Below are positions 24,275-35,838 of a stretch of DNA of 48,568 nt, in pieces (the stretch's first letter is position 1; each line of letters opens with the position of its first letter). Source of the stretch: Blastocatellia bacterium (GTDB lineage Bacteria; Acidobacteriota; Blastocatellia; UBA7656). Both the position numbers and the translations under genes were made by a program. The notes under the pieces are model-generated. The model was not told the origin of the DNA and ran no database searches. It saw only the letters and a list, made by a program, of their open reading frames with translations. The stretch is from assembly GCA_023265195.1 (NCBI GenBank), contig JAHFUG010000004.1, forward strand, positions 1 through 48,568, in the 5' to 3' direction.

Positions 24275-25984
24275 CTACTTGCTTGCCGGCGCCGCGGATT
24301 GAAGGCGTGAGAGCCCCTCTTTGAAGCGTTCCGCGTCGAACGGCGACAAGCTGAACTTCTCCGATTTGTCCTGGAATTTCACGGTCATTTCACCGCGAAT
24401 CACTGTAACGCCGACTCCGACGAGATTGGACGCGAATGTATGCTCGCCACCATCGAACCTGACTCCGGTCGAACTGACGGCGAGGGTCCCCGAACAAGAT
24501 CCCTTTAGTATTCCCCCGTGAAGATGCTTCACCCTTACCGACACCGGGCCCGCTTCAGGGGCCTTCTCTTGCCGCCCTTGAATTTCGATTCGCGCGACTC
24601 TGTCCTCGAGTTCGGCTACTGAGTAGACGGTGCTGCCTCCACGCGATATGGCTTCTTTGTAGCGAGACAGCGCGGTTTGCTTGTCGCCGCGCTCTTGTGA
24701 TATTTCGCCAAGGGCGGCCAAAGCCGAATTGTGGGCGTCCGGGGCGGACTCTCCGACTCGGAGCAGGTAGTAGGCCGCCATGTCGAGCTGATGCAGTTTC
24801 TGATGAGATCTCCCAAGCGCGAAAAAAACCTCGGGGCCGGCTTTCGCCCCGCTTTCGATAGCGAGCTTCAGATCCGTGATCGCTTCGGCGAACTCTCCAC
24901 GGCTGTACTTCTCGAGCCCGTGGACACGGCGATTCGCGGCATCCGCGCTCGTTCGGGAATCCGCCGATCTCTTTGTCTCGAGGTCTTTGAAGCGCGATCT
25001 CAGTTGCTTGTCTTCCGGGAAAAATCGCGTTTCCTGCTCGAGTATCCTCGCCGCCGCGTCGAGGTCTCCCCTCAACTCGGCCTGCGCGCCGTTTGTGTCC
25101 ATCCGGCCTTTCAACTGGACCAGAACGGCCGTCGCCTGAGCATTATGCTTATCCCGGGCGAGCGCTTGCTTCGCGTAGAAGTGCTCACTGACATCGTTCC
25201 CCGCCCGCCGAGACTCTTCCGCTTTGCGGAGCAATCCTCGAACCTCGTCGCGCCTGCTCATCAACTGACTCGCGAGCTTCGAGGCTGCGGCCTTCGCCGC
25301 GTTGTCGTTTGGATAGTTGTCGACGAGCGCCGCGTAGTAGTCCTGCGCTTGCGCGAGATCGCCCCGAGCGCCGGCGGCCTGAGCCATTTTATAAAGCGTC
25401 TTTCTCACCGTCTCGCGCATGTCAACGGCGAATTGGTTAGACTCGTCAAGACGCAAGATTGCATCGGCGTAGTAGAGAGCGCTGAACTCGTAAGGGATGC
25501 AGTATTCGGCTTGTTGAAACGCCTCATCGGCGCTTGCCGCGAACTGTTTGATTCGCTCTTCTCGCGGCTGGCCCGCCGGTAAACCCGTCGGCGTGAGTTT
25601 GAAATCAAGCGTGTCCGGCGCAACGACCTCGATCTCCTTGTCCAACACGGCCTCGTACCCGTCTTTGGTTATGCTGAGTCTGTGCGTTCCAGCGGACACG
25701 CCTTCCAACTTAACAGGTGACGGACCTAACGGCTTCAAATCGAATTGTATGTCCGCGCCGGAAGGAACGGTGAGAATAACAAGTTGGTCCACCGTCGCCG
25801 GGGCCTTCATTACGATCAGGAGAGCGGCGAAAATGGCGAGCAAAACGAATAGCGACGCCGAAATGACGGCCAGCCATCGAAACTTGCCGCCTAGGAGCCT
25901 GGCGTGGACGGATTGCTCAGGAGTTTTGACGAGTTCCGATGATTCAGTTTCGGCCGGAGATTTCTCAAACCTGGGCGCGTCCAT
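24275..25984 (-). CDS. Membrane-anchored PEGA + TPR repeat protein
   Basis: Start moved to ATG 25984 (MDAPRFEK). One TM (WLAVISASLFVLLAIFAALLIV). PEGA-like VPSGADIQFDLKPLGPSPVKLEGVSAGTHRLSITKDGYE. Multiple TPR-like A..YY..A helices follow. Confidence 0.7.
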   Translation of the reverse strand: MDAPRFEKSPAETESSELVKTPEQSVHARLLGGKFRWLAVISASLFVLLAIFAALLIVMKAPATVDQLVILTVPSGADIQFDLKPLGPSPVKLEGVSAGTHRLSITKDGYEAVLDKEIEVVAPDTLDFKLTPTGLPAGQPREERIKQFAASADEAFQQAEYCIPYEFSALYYADAILRLDESNQFAVDMRETVRKTLYKMAQAAGARGDLAQAQDYYAALVDNYPNDNAAKAAASKLASQLMSRRDEVRGLLRKAEESRRAGNDVSEHFYAKQALARDKHNAQATAVLVQLKGRMDTNGAQAELRGDLDAAARILEQETRFFPEDKQLRSRFKDLETKRSADSRTSADAANRRVHGLEKYSRGEFAEAITDLKLAIESGAKAGPEVFFALGRSHQKLHQLDMAAYYLLRVGESAPDAHNSALAALGEISQERGDKQTALSRYKEAISRGGSTVYSVAELEDRVARIEIQGRQEKAPEAGPVSVRVKHLHGGILKGSCSGTLAVSSTGVRFDGGEHTFASNLVGVGVTVIRGEMTVKFQDKSEKFSLSPFDAERFKEGLSRLQSAAPASK

Positions 25985-26966
25985 AACCAACACTCCCTTC
26001 ACGCAGTCTGGCCGCGATGAGTCTAACCGTGTTTCTCGCGCTTTCAACAGCGTTCTTTATATGCCGCTCGCGGGTGAGATGGCCTGCAACAAATAATCCG
26101 CCAACCGTGGTCTCGTTCGTATGTGGATTGTAAACCGGACGGCCGTCGCTAGCAATGGATGCGCCCGCCTGTTCCAGAAGGCTAGTGTCCGGATCCGCGC
26201 CAATGAGCGCGAAGACATGATCGCACTGAACTGTTTCAAACGAGTCCGTGGCGTTCTTGATAACAACCGAGCCGGAATCTATTCGGTCCACTTCGGTGGC
26301 GATATGAATTCGAATCAAGGACTCCGCTGCGGCTCTTTCAAGGGGCTCGCGAACCCAGGGTTTTATTGTAGCGCTCGTCGATCCCACCGCGGGTTCCGCG
26401 TCAAGACTCGCCGCCCTGACGCATATCGTGACAATCGCGCCGGCGGCGCTCAGCGCGAGAGCCGCCTCAGCCGCGGAGTTCCCTCCGCCCACTACGAGCA
26501 CCCTCTTGGTCTGATAACGCCGTGGGTCGACCAGTCGATAGGACACGCTGCCGGAGCTTTCTCCAGGAACGCCGAGCTTGCGCACGCGGCCGAACCCGCC
26601 TAACGCGGCCAGCACGGTTTGACTCGTGTAACGCTCCGTTCTCGTCTTGATTTCGAATCCGCCCGCGGTTCGGACAATCCCGACAACTTCACGGCCGCAA
26701 CGGACGTTCAAGTTTTCGAGCCGAGCCACATTGTTATAGTGCGCGAGGACTTCCTCTCTGGTTGGCTTTCGCTCCGCGGGAAGCGCGCCTCGCTCGATCT
26801 CGACTTCGTTTGATGTCGAGAACAGAACGGTAGCCAACGGATAGCGATAGACGGTGTCCGCAACAACGCCGCGCTCCAGTACGACGCAGCTTATGGACTG
26901 GAGCCCGGCCTCTCTGGCGGCGGAAATCCCCGCCGGCCCGGCTCCAATTACGGCTAGATCATGCAT
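25965..26966 (-). CDS. YpdA-like FAD/NAD(P)-dependent disulfide reductase (thioredoxin-reductase fold)
   Basis: HDLAVIGAGPAGISAA (FAD GxGxxG), VLVVGGGNSAAEAA (NAD(P) site), KPTREEVLAHY, VFALIGADPD and GLFVAGH. Start taken at ATG 26966, 4 nt after the sucC stop. The track start 26996 overlaps sucC. Confidence 0.75.
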   Translation of the reverse strand: MHDLAVIGAGPAGISAAREAGLQSISCVVLERGVVADTVYRYPLATVLFSTSNEVEIERGALPAERKPTREEVLAHYNNVARLENLNVRCGREVVGIVRTAGGFEIKTRTERYTSQTVLAALGGFGRVRKLGVPGESSGSVSYRLVDPRRYQTKRVLVVGGGNSAAEAALALSAAGAIVTICVRAASLDAEPAVGSTSATIKPWVREPLERAAAESLIRIHIATEVDRIDSGSVVIKNATDSFETVQCDHVFALIGADPDTSLLEQAGASIASDGRPVYNPHTNETTVGGLFVAGHLTRERHIKNAVESARNTVRLIAARLREGSVGYGRAQV

Positions 26967-26970
26967 CGGA

Positions 26971-28134
26971 TCAATTGGCTCGAGCGAGCGCAACAATCTT
27001 TTCCGCGGCGTCTTTCATGCCGGTGGCGGTCTTGAAGCCGAGCCCGCAGGTCTCGATCACTTCTCGTCCACGTTCGACGTTGGTGCCTTCCAGCCGCACA
27101 ACCACCGGAACCTTGACCCCGAGCTTCTTCGCGGCTTCGACCACGCCGGTGGCGACCATATCCGTCCGGACGATTCCGCCAAAGATGTTGATCAGCACGG
27201 CGCGCACGTTCTCGTCGGAGAGAAGGATTCGAAACGCGTTCTCGACGCGCTCCTGAGAGGCGCCTCCCCCAACATCGAGGAAGTTGGCGGGTTCGCCTCC
27301 CGCCAGCTTTATTATGTCCATCGTGGCCATCGCCAATCCGGCCCCGTTCACCATGCAGCCGATGTCGCCGTCGAGCTTTATGTAGTTGAGGTCATGTTTC
27401 GACGCCTCGATCTCCAGAGGCTCCTCCTCGTTAAGATCGCGAAGCTCAACCAGATCCTTGTGCCGGAAAAGAGCATTGTCGTCGAAGTTCAACTTGGCGT
27501 CGAGCGCATAGAGATCGCCGTCTTCGGTCAACAGAAACGGATTGATTTCCGCCAGCGAAGCGTCAAGGCCGGCATAGGCGCGATACAGCGAAGTCATGAA
27601 CCTGACGGCCTTGTTGATCGTCTCTCCGGGCAAACCGATTCCAAACGCCAGCTTTCGCGCTTGAAAAGGCTGAAGCCCCACGGCCGGGTCTATCGGCTCT
27701 TTCAGTATCTTTTCAGGCTCGTGGGCGGCTACTTCTTCGATCTCCATACCGCCCGCCGAGGACGCCATGAAAACTAGCCGCGACAATGCGCGGTCGAGCA
27801 CGATCCCAAGGTAGAATTCCTGTTTTATCTTTAGACCTTCTTCAATCAGGAGCCGGCGCACTTCGCGGCCCTCGGGCCCTGTCTGATGGGTCACGAGCTT
27901 CATCCCGAGCATCTCACGCGCCAGTCCTTCGGCGTCATCCAGCGAGCGGGCGAGTTTGACGCCGCCCCCCTTTCCTCTGCCGCCAGCGTGAATCTGCGCC
28001 TTCACAACCACCGGAAGTCCCAGACGCTCCGCTGCTTTTCGAGCCTGCGCCGGCGAGTCCACTACCTCGCCTCTTGGCACGGTCACTCCGTACTTCGATA
28101 AAAGTTGTTTGCCCTGATACTCGTGAATTTTCAT
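26971..28134 (-). CDS. sucC: Succinate--CoA ligase (ADP-forming) beta subunit
   Basis: [40 protein letters not shown] and NIFGGIVR give full-length colinearity with SucC. Confidence 0.93.
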   Translation of the reverse strand: MKIHEYQGKQLLSKYGVTVPRGEVVDSPAQARKAAERLGLPVVVKAQIHAGGRGKGGGVKLARSLDDAEGLAREMLGMKLVTHQTGPEGREVRRLLIEEGLKIKQEFYLGIVLDRALSRLVFMASSAGGMEIEEVAAHEPEKILKEPIDPAVGLQPFQARKLAFGIGLPGETINKAVRFMTSLYRAYAGLDASLAEINPFLLTEDGDLYALDAKLNFDDNALFRHKDLVELRDLNEEEPLEIEASKHDLNYIKLDGDIGCMVNGAGLAMATMDIIKLAGGEPANFLDVGGGASQERVENAFRILLSDENVRAVLINIFGGIVRTDMVATGVVEAAKKLGVKVPVVVRLEGTNVERGREVIETCGLGFKTATGMKDAAEKIVALARAN

Positions 28135-28244
28135 ATTGTCTTTTCGCGGATTCCTCCCTCAAGCCCACAAGGCGGCGAAACCATGCAGGCGGGAGCCGTC
28201 GTCCTTTGTTTTGGTGGTCTTTGTGAACTCAGGGTTCGATTCTC

Positions 28245-30476
28245 TTATTCTCTCGCGCTGGCTCTTCGCTCAACCGTGAGCACATAAACGCCCGACGAAA
28301 AGCTTCCCGCGTACGCCTTGTCTCTCTCGAACGGGTCGAACGTCACCGTCCAAATTCGGCTGGTCGGCAATTGAGAGTCGTCGATGCGGACCCAAGAGTA
28401 GCCGCTGTCGGCCGACCGATAGATCCCGCCTTTAGAGTAGTCGGCGGCCATCACCTCACTTGGGTTCAAAGGGTTGAACGTAACCGACGTGTAATCTCCC
28501 GGGGACAAGCCGCCTCCACGAGGCGACCAACTCCTCCCGCCGTTCGTCGACCGAAACAGAACGTAATTCGTGCCGGCTATAACCAGATTCGGATCGCGCG
28601 GATCCTGGGCAATAGCCTTCACGGAAACGTCGACTGGGCCTCGGCTGACCTGCTCCCATGTCGCGCATCCGTCGCGCGATATGAATAACCCAGTCCGGGC
28701 GCCCACATACACTGAGAGCGGCGCGTCTTTGTGCGTCGATATTGAAAACACTCGCCCCGATGGGTCATAGCCGGGCAGAAACACCTTCTCCCAACCTCGA
28801 TTCTCGTCGGTGGTCATGTAAAGGCCGTCCATCGTTGCGGCGAGAAGGCCCGGCCTGCCCTCACTGTCCACGAAGCTTGTGATGTCGTCGACTTGTTTGG
28901 TCAGCTCAAACATCGGCGGCCCGGCCGGAGCGGCCGGGACCGGGGGCTTCTTAGGCTTCGCTCTTTGAGCCGCTCCAGTTCGCTTCTTCCGAACGCTGGC
29001 AGTCTGAGTATACTTGCCGATGGACGCGGAGGCTCCGCCGCTTGTCGAGGCCGCGCGGCTGCTTTGCCTGGTCTTGCCCTTTGGAGCCGGAGGCGCTTCC
29101 TCCTTCTTAGGCGCGCCAACATAAGACCAGTTGGCTCCGTGGTCGGCTGACTTGAATACTCCGGCGTTTGTTCCCGCGTAGATCGTCCGCGGCGCGTCGG
29201 GCGTCTGGTAGAAGCTATATACGTCTCTTTGACCAAGTCCGCGAGAAGAACTCTCCCACGTTTCACCGTCATCCGCGGAGACAAAGACGCTGCCCGCGGT
29301 TCCATCGTTGAAAACGCTCGCCAGGATTCGCCCGTGCTCCGACGCGTCCGGCATTATTGCCAGAATATGCCGGTGAATGAACCCGGTGTTCGTTGGCTTG
29401 AAGTCGTCGCCCAGGTTGTCCGAGATTTCAACTCCGAAGTCGTCCGTCGCAATGAGCACTCGTTTCGCATTGCTCGAGTGTACAACGATGGCGCGCACGA
29501 CAACGGTCTTTGAAGTGAGGAGCATCCAGCGTTTTCCGCCGTCTTTGGAACGCCACAGTCCTTCGCTTGTGCCGGCGAACAGAATGTTGGGATCCGAGGG
29601 ATGAGGCAGAAGCGAGTACGTTCTCCGCGCGCTGAACGGGATGCCGGGAATCTTCGACCACTTCTCCCCTGCCGACGCGGACCGGTAAATCCCGCTGCAA
29701 GCATTCATGTAGACCAGGCTTGCGTTGGAGGGATCGACCGAGATGCCGAAGATGTCGGAGTCGTCGATGAATCCATTACCCTGATACCCGGTTTGTTTCC
29801 AGGTCTTCCCGCCGTCGATCGTCTTCCACGGCAAATGAAACGTGCCGGCGTATAAGACGTCGGTGTTCTTGGGGTCAACGGCGACCGACTCGATGTTGCG
29901 GATTTCCTTGTCGCCCACGGGTGAAATGCGTTCCCAATTTTTGCCGGCGTCGATCGAGCGATACACGCCGTTGAGGTTTGGATCGTCGTTAGCAGTGCCG
30001 GCGAAGATTACGCTGGAGTCCGACGGCGCCAGCGCGAGGGATCTAACAGAAAACGAGCGGGTCGGACCGAGCAGCTTCCAATGTTCGCCGCCGTCTTCGC
30101 TCTTGTAGACGCCGCCTTCGCCTCCCTGTGAAACCGCCCAGGCGCCGACGTAGATCGTTTGAGTCGCGCGCGGATCGATGACTATCGAGTCGATCGACAG
30201 GCCGGGCTTGCCCAACCCGGGCCTCATTCGCCGCCACGTCGATGCTCCATCCATCGAGCGAAAGAGCTGGCCGTCGCTTGTTCCCACATATAGAAGATCG
30301 GCGTTGTCGGGCGAGCAAACCATTGCTCGAACGTCGCCTCCCCAGGGGCCAGTCAGCTCCCAGTTCCTGATTTCTTTCGATGGCGAGTTGTCAGTCGGAG
30401 CGCCGCCGCGGGCGCCTGTTGCGGAAGAGAAGATAGAGGCAGCGGCGAGGATGGAGAGTACTACCTTGAACTTCAT
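28245..30476 (-). CDS. Secreted BNR/Asp-box repeat protein (two beta-propeller halves joined by a basic low-complexity linker)
   Basis: Signal peptide MKFKVVLSILAAASIFSSATG. At least 10 Asp-boxes (SMDGASTW, SEDGGEHW, SIDAGKNW, TIDGGKTW, SKDGGKRW, SADDGETW, SADHGANW, SRDGCATW, STNGGRSW, SADSGYSW). Central linker PKKEEAPPAPKGKTRQSSRAAS...KPKKPPVPAAPAGPP. Confidence 0.85.
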   Translation of the reverse strand: MKFKVVLSILAAASIFSSATGARGGAPTDNSPSKEIRNWELTGPWGGDVRAMVCSPDNADLLYVGTSDGQLFRSMDGASTWRRMRPGLGKPGLSIDSIVIDPRATQTIYVGAWAVSQGGEGGVYKSEDGGEHWKLLGPTRSFSVRSLALAPSDSSVIFAGTANDDPNLNGVYRSIDAGKNWERISPVGDKEIRNIESVAVDPKNTDVLYAGTFHLPWKTIDGGKTWKQTGYQGNGFIDDSDIFGISVDPSNASLVYMNACSGIYRSASAGEKWSKIPGIPFSARRTYSLLPHPSDPNILFAGTSEGLWRSKDGGKRWMLLTSKTVVVRAIVVHSSNAKRVLIATDDFGVEISDNLGDDFKPTNTGFIHRHILAIMPDASEHGRILASVFNDGTAGSVFVSADDGETWESSSRGLGQRDVYSFYQTPDAPRTIYAGTNAGVFKSADHGANWSYVGAPKKEEAPPAPKGKTRQSSRAASTSGGASASIGKYTQTASVRKKRTGAAQRAKPKKPPVPAAPAGPPMFELTKQVDDITSFVDSEGRPGLLAATMDGLYMTTDENRGWEKVFLPGYDPSGRVFSISTHKDAPLSVYVGARTGLFISRDGCATWEQVSRGPVDVSVKAIAQDPRDPNLVIAGTNYVLFRSTNGGRSWSPRGGGLSPGDYTSVTFNPLNPSEVMAADYSKGGIYRSADSGYSWVRIDDSQLPTSRIWTVTFDPFERDKAYAGSFSSGVYVLTVERRASARE

Positions 30477-30597
30477 TGCTCAATGATACTCCTTGAGAGA
30501 CAGTGGGGAAGCAGTGACGCGTTACCCCTGACTCGTGTTAATGGCCATTGGGGCCAAAACACCGTGAATACTACTATAGCGGGCGCCGGTATTCCAG

Positions 30598-30763
30598 CTA
30601 GGCAAGGGGCTCCGCCCTTGATATCCCGAGTGTGGAGTTCGGAGTTCGGAGTTCGGAGTTCGGAGTTCGGAGTTCGGAGTTCGGAGTTCGGAATGCCGGA
30701 TCACGCGGTGGTCCTCGGGGGAAACGCGAACAGAATTCTCGTAACGATCGGCATAAACGGCTA
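30598..30763 (+). repeat. Dispersed ~160-bp element, copy B
   Basis: Same flanks as copy A (2088..2245) with 4-5 substitutions. Begins CTAGG and ends GCTAG. Lies between the divergent BNR gene (-) and atpD (+). Confidence 0.9.
30628..30697 (+). repeat. Heptanucleotide array inside copy B: 1 x GAGTGTG + 8 x GAGTTCG + degenerate GAATGCC
   Basis: Counted directly. Unit number and dominant unit differ from copy A. Confidence 0.95.
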
Positions 30764-30826
30764 GTGGTGCTTGGCGGAAATAATTGGACAGTGGCATCGC
30801 AAAGGCTCGGCCGAATCCGGCGTCCC

Positions 30827-30904
30827 GATCAACCGCTGATCTACGCTGCCTTCGGCCCGCTGATCAGCGCGGATCAGCGTTACGCAGTCAGCGTAAATCA
30901 GAGG
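30827..30904. repeat. Cluster of short GATCAGCG-type direct/inverted repeats (REP-like)
   Basis: GATCAACCGCTGATCTACGC...CTGATCAGCGCGGATCAGCGTTACGCAGTCAGCGTAAATCAGAGG. Related low-complexity strings occur at ~4719-4750 (CAGCGCTGACGGCTGAAAGCTGATCGC) and ~48355-48395 (CACAGATGAACACGGATAAACACAGATC). Confidence 0.6.
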
Positions 30905-31058
30905 TTTCTCGGATCGGCGCCGTCCGTTGGCTGAAACTGAAACTGGCAAACCTCAACTTCCATATGCTATCGTTCAGAACTTTATCGGCGGCGCTTATTC
31001 GCCGCTTAGGCTCTCTGATGACTCAATGAGCACTCTTTCCAAGGAGCGAGGTTCGTAG

Positions 31059-32549
<1,491 letters not shown>

Positions 32550-32648
32550 GAGAGAAAAGCGAGGAAGAGCCCCCGTACGTAGGCAGAGACTCGGGCTTCA
32601 TTCCAGACAGGCTAAAGCCCGCGGTACATCGGATACTTTAAAGAGAAT

Positions 32649-33068
32649 ATGGCCAAAGGAATTCATCTTCAGATATACACTCCCGGTCAGCAAGTATTGG
32701 ACGCGGAGGTTGACCGGGTCGAAGTTCCGGCGCTGGACGGCGAGATAGGCGTCTTGCCGGGCCACACTGAACTCGTCTCTCTGCTAAAGCCCGCGGGTGT
32801 ATTGACCTATCACAACGGCGATTCAGCGGAAGAAATAGCAATTAATGATGGCTTTTTCGAGGTCGCCCCTGACAGCGTGGTGATATTGGCGGATGGCGCC
32901 GCCCGGCCGGAGGATATAGATCCGGCAGCGGCTCTCGAAGCCAAGGAGCTTGCCGGGCAAAGAGTCGGTAAATCGCTGTCTGACCCAAGCATTGACGCCG
33001 GTCAGGCGTTGGTCGAGCTTGACCGAGCGACTATCGCCTACAACCTCGCTAGCAAGCCGCGAACTTAG
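32649..33068 (+). CDS. atpC: F-type ATP synthase epsilon subunit
   Basis: 139 aa directly after atpD. VPALDGEIGVLPGHTELVSLL is typical of the epsilon N-terminal beta sandwich, and a helical C-terminus follows. Confidence 0.88.
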   Translation: MAKGIHLQIYTPGQQVLDAEVDRVEVPALDGEIGVLPGHTELVSLLKPAGVLTYHNGDSAEEIAINDGFFEVAPDSVVILADGAARPEDIDPAAALEAKELAGQRVGKSLSDPSIDAGQALVELDRATIAYNLASKPRT

Positions 33069-33118
33069 CTGCCAGCTTCCGTTAAGACAACGCCGTCCGC
33101 GCTCACAATCGCGAAAAC

Positions 33119-34000
33119 TCACTCCTCACCCGGCACCCACAACAGGGCTCGCTTCACCACTTGAACGTTATTAGGCTGAAGGCCGATGTCGAACGGATCG
33201 TATTCACTGGCGAGCGCGAGGTATTCCTCGTACAACCTCGTGAGGGCTTCCCGAGCCTCCTGTTCGACTCGCTGCAAATCCTGCCTGAGCTCCGTCTCAT
33301 CGTTCAACATCTCGTTTTCCGCCGCCGGCGCGACCGTTCCGAACACCGCGCCCGCTAGCGTGGAAAACATCGATGCAAGCCGGTTCTCGCTTTCGAAGAA
33401 CTGGAGGTTGAAAGAGATCAGCTTGTCGAGACTCACCTCATCGCGAGATCTGAGGCCCTTTCGCGCTTGCGCCTCCCTGATCTGCTCGATTTGAAGTTCG
33501 ACCCTGTTTCGCAGACTCTCGAGTTCGGGCTCCACGCGGCCGAGCGCCGCCTCGGCTATGCGGCCCAGGAAATCTTCGAGCGAATCGCCTGGCGCCGAAA
33601 ACTGGCCGAACACGGGATTGAAGAAGACTCTGAGCCGCTCAGTGCGAATAAGCTTGTTAACCAGTTCGATCTCATACTGAACGAAACTCTCCGCGGACGC
33701 CGGATGGTTTCCTTCGGCGTAGGGAATCAATCGCTCGGGCTGGCTAGACAGCCTGGATGTGTCGTCGAATATGACCGCCGGTTGATCCCAATTGATGGCT
33801 GTTTCACCTTCCGGGAGCCACGCGGTGTAGTTATGCTCCTCGGACTGATTGAGCCCCGCGCGAAGGCTGCGGTAGTTGAGGGTGCACTCTACGAGCACGG
33901 CCGGGCGGTAGACCCACGCTCCGGTTCGCGATTCGGCTGGACGATACCAAAACTCGGACACGCCCTCGATTTTGAGTCTGGTGGTTTGCTCCTCATTCAT
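33119..34000 (-). CDS. Hypothetical protein (293 aa)
   Basis: Balanced protein-like composition, unlike the Arg/Leu-rich antisense ORF 33467..34099. Downstream of the Zn-ribbon coiled-coil gene in the same orientation. No family recognised. Confidence 0.6.
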   Translation of the reverse strand: MNEEQTTRLKIEGVSEFWYRPAESRTGAWVYRPAVLVECTLNYRSLRAGLNQSEEHNYTAWLPEGETAINWDQPAVIFDDTSRLSSQPERLIPYAEGNHPASAESFVQYEIELVNKLIRTERLRVFFNPVFGQFSAPGDSLEDFLGRIAEAALGRVEPELESLRNRVELQIEQIREAQARKGLRSRDEVSLDKLISFNLQFFESENRLASMFSTLAGAVFGTVAPAAENEMLNDETELRQDLQRVEQEAREALTRLYEEYLALASEYDPFDIGLQPNNVQVVKRALLWVPGEE

Positions 34001-34124
34001 AATGCGAACTGCTTACTCAGTCCTTATTGGGTGAAATGGAACCGGTCTCAGCGAAGAGATCCGGGAGGCGCTCTTTCGAGCGGACGATCAGACGCATAGG
34101 ACGGCGCCGCGGGGTTCGCTGGCG

Positions 34125-34868
34125 CTACGTCGTCACCGCCTCCGCTGACTGAGTGGTGTTGGGACGATAAAACAGAATACGGCTGCAACTGTCGCAGGTG
34201 ATCAACTGGTCGCCCTTCCTCACGTCGCTGAATATCTTCGGGCGAACTCTCATTCGGCATGCGGAGCAGATGCCGTCACGCACTTCCGAGAGGACTATGC
34301 CCCGCCTCGCCTTTGCAACCCGTTCGTACATTGAAAGCAGGGTTTCGGAAATGGCGGCCGCTATTCCCGCTCTTCTCCCTTCAAGCGATCTGACCAGATC
34401 TTCTTCGCGGTCTCTTTCCTGATCTAGCGTCGCGAGAGCCTCGTCGACCTCGGCCCTCTTGGCGTCTATATCGGGCGCGAACGTCTTCAACTGAGCAGCC
34501 AGTTCCTCGGCTTCCTCCATTCGTCTTAGTATCTCGGTCTCGAGGGCGCTGGCGTGCTTTTTGGTCGCGTCGATCTCGCGCAACGCGGTTACGTATTCCC
34601 TCTCGTTGCTGACGCGCATCAGGTCTTGCTTGAATTTTTCGTGATGAGCCTGTGTTTCTACCAGTTCGCTTTCCAGTCTTGTTCGATTTTCGAGGGATTG
34701 TTCGTGCTGACTCTTCAACGCCAGGAACTCGGCCGCGTATTGACTGAACGTTGCTTCCGCCTGCTCTCGTTCCGCCGGAATACTAGCTAACTTATCCGCG
34801 ATACGCTGGATTTCAAGGTCGAGTTCCTGGAGCTCAACGAGTTGACTCAGTTCTGGGCTCACAGGCAT
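34125..34868 (-). CDS. Coiled-coil protein with C-terminal C4 zinc ribbon (COG1579/DUF164-like)
   Basis: LVELQELDLEIQRIADKLASIPAE followed by a long coiled coil, ending in CSACRMRVRPKIFSDVRKGDQLITCDSCSRILF. Confidence 0.8.
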   Translation of the reverse strand: MPVSPELSQLVELQELDLEIQRIADKLASIPAEREQAEATFSQYAAEFLALKSQHEQSLENRTRLESELVETQAHHEKFKQDLMRVSNEREYVTALREIDATKKHASALETEILRRMEEAEELAAQLKTFAPDIDAKRAEVDEALATLDQERDREEDLVRSLEGRRAGIAAAISETLLSMYERVAKARRGIVLSEVRDGICSACRMRVRPKIFSDVRKGDQLITCDSCSRILFYRPNTTQSAEAVTT

Positions 34869-35022
34869 CCTCCATGTTGTCAGCCGACAGTCTACAACAT
34901 CAGACTTCTTTGCTCAAGGATGGCTGGGTATGGTCCTTCTCGCGTTGCGCGTGATAATCGCCGTAGGCTAGTATTCCTTCTCTTCGTTGGCGTCGAAATC
35001 CTGGCGCTTGGAGGTAAGTCGA

Positions 35023-35544
35023 ATGGAAACCGGAATGAAGCTATTCTCAGCGCTGCCATTGGCCCTCTTACTCGCGATATCCGCGTCTACACCGGCTTCA
35101 AACCGGCCCGGCGGCGCCGAAGATGGCGAGAAGGTCATGCAAGAACTCAAGCTCCTGGATATGGACGGCAAGCCCTACGACGCGTCGAAATTGAAAGGGA
35201 ACGTTCTGGTTATAGACTTCTGGGCCACGTGGTGCAAACCCTGCATAAATGAAATACCCGATTTGAACCGATTGCAGGAGAAGTACGCGAATAAAGGACT
35301 GAAGGTAGTAGGGGTGACGATGGCCTCCGGCGAGGCCCCAGAAGTGAAAGCGCTGCTGGGCAGTTTCAAAATGCAATACACGGTGCTGATGGGCGACGAC
35401 AATCAGAGCTACGACCTCAACATTCACAGCTATCCAACGACCTATCTGGTGACCAAAGATTGGAAGGTGCGGCGAATCTATTTGGAAGCTGGTCCCAAGA
35501 AAGCAAGAGAACTCGAAACCGAAATACAAAAGCTCCTGGATTGA
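35023..35544 (+). CDS. TlpA-family thiol:disulfide oxidoreductase (thioredoxin fold), exported
   Basis: ATG 35023 with GGAGG 8 nt upstream. Signal-like MKLFSALPLALLLAISAS. Active site FWATWCKPC. Confidence 0.85.
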   Translation: METGMKLFSALPLALLLAISASTPASNRPGGAEDGEKVMQELKLLDMDGKPYDASKLKGNVLVIDFWATWCKPCINEIPDLNRLQEKYANKGLKVVGVTMASGEAPEVKALLGSFKMQYTVLMGDDNQSYDLNIHSYPTTYLVTKDWKVRRIYLEAGPKKARELETEIQKLLD

Positions 35545-35838
35545 TTGGCGGAATTTACTCCCGTTCTTTCGTGATCCGGGGCAGCAAGTCCGCGGCTTCG
35601 ACTTCGATCAGCGATTCGACTTTCGATCCGATGATTCCATATGTTCACGGCCACATAAGCTCTGTAATAATTTTCGCCTCAGCTTGGGCGAGCAACTTGA
35701 CTCTGTAGATGATCTCTTCCTCTTAAGCTAAAGCTTTACCGATCTTAGCATTATCCGCGATCCGGTTTGGATTGCGCGTCACAAGTGTGGCTCGGGCCCG
35801 CTCGAATGGAACAAATCGCTCAGGAAAGGAGCAATTAA

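Noticed and set aside
22608-24300. Integrative element or prophage at tRNA-Arg
   Set aside because: No integrase, excisionase or phage genes are present. I saw no direct repeat of the tRNA 3' end. The low-GC cassette lies on the 5' side of the tRNA rather than the usual 3' side.
24731-25582. 283-aa plus-strand ORF
   Set aside because: It is antisense to the TPR/PEGA gene, with an Arg/Leu-rich composition and no motifs.
26854-27777. 307-aa plus-strand ORF
   Set aside because: It is antisense to sucC, which is unambiguous.
33467-34099. 210-aa plus-strand ORF
   Set aside because: It overlaps the more protein-like 293-aa minus-strand ORF 33119..34000. It is Arg/Leu/Gly-rich with no motif.
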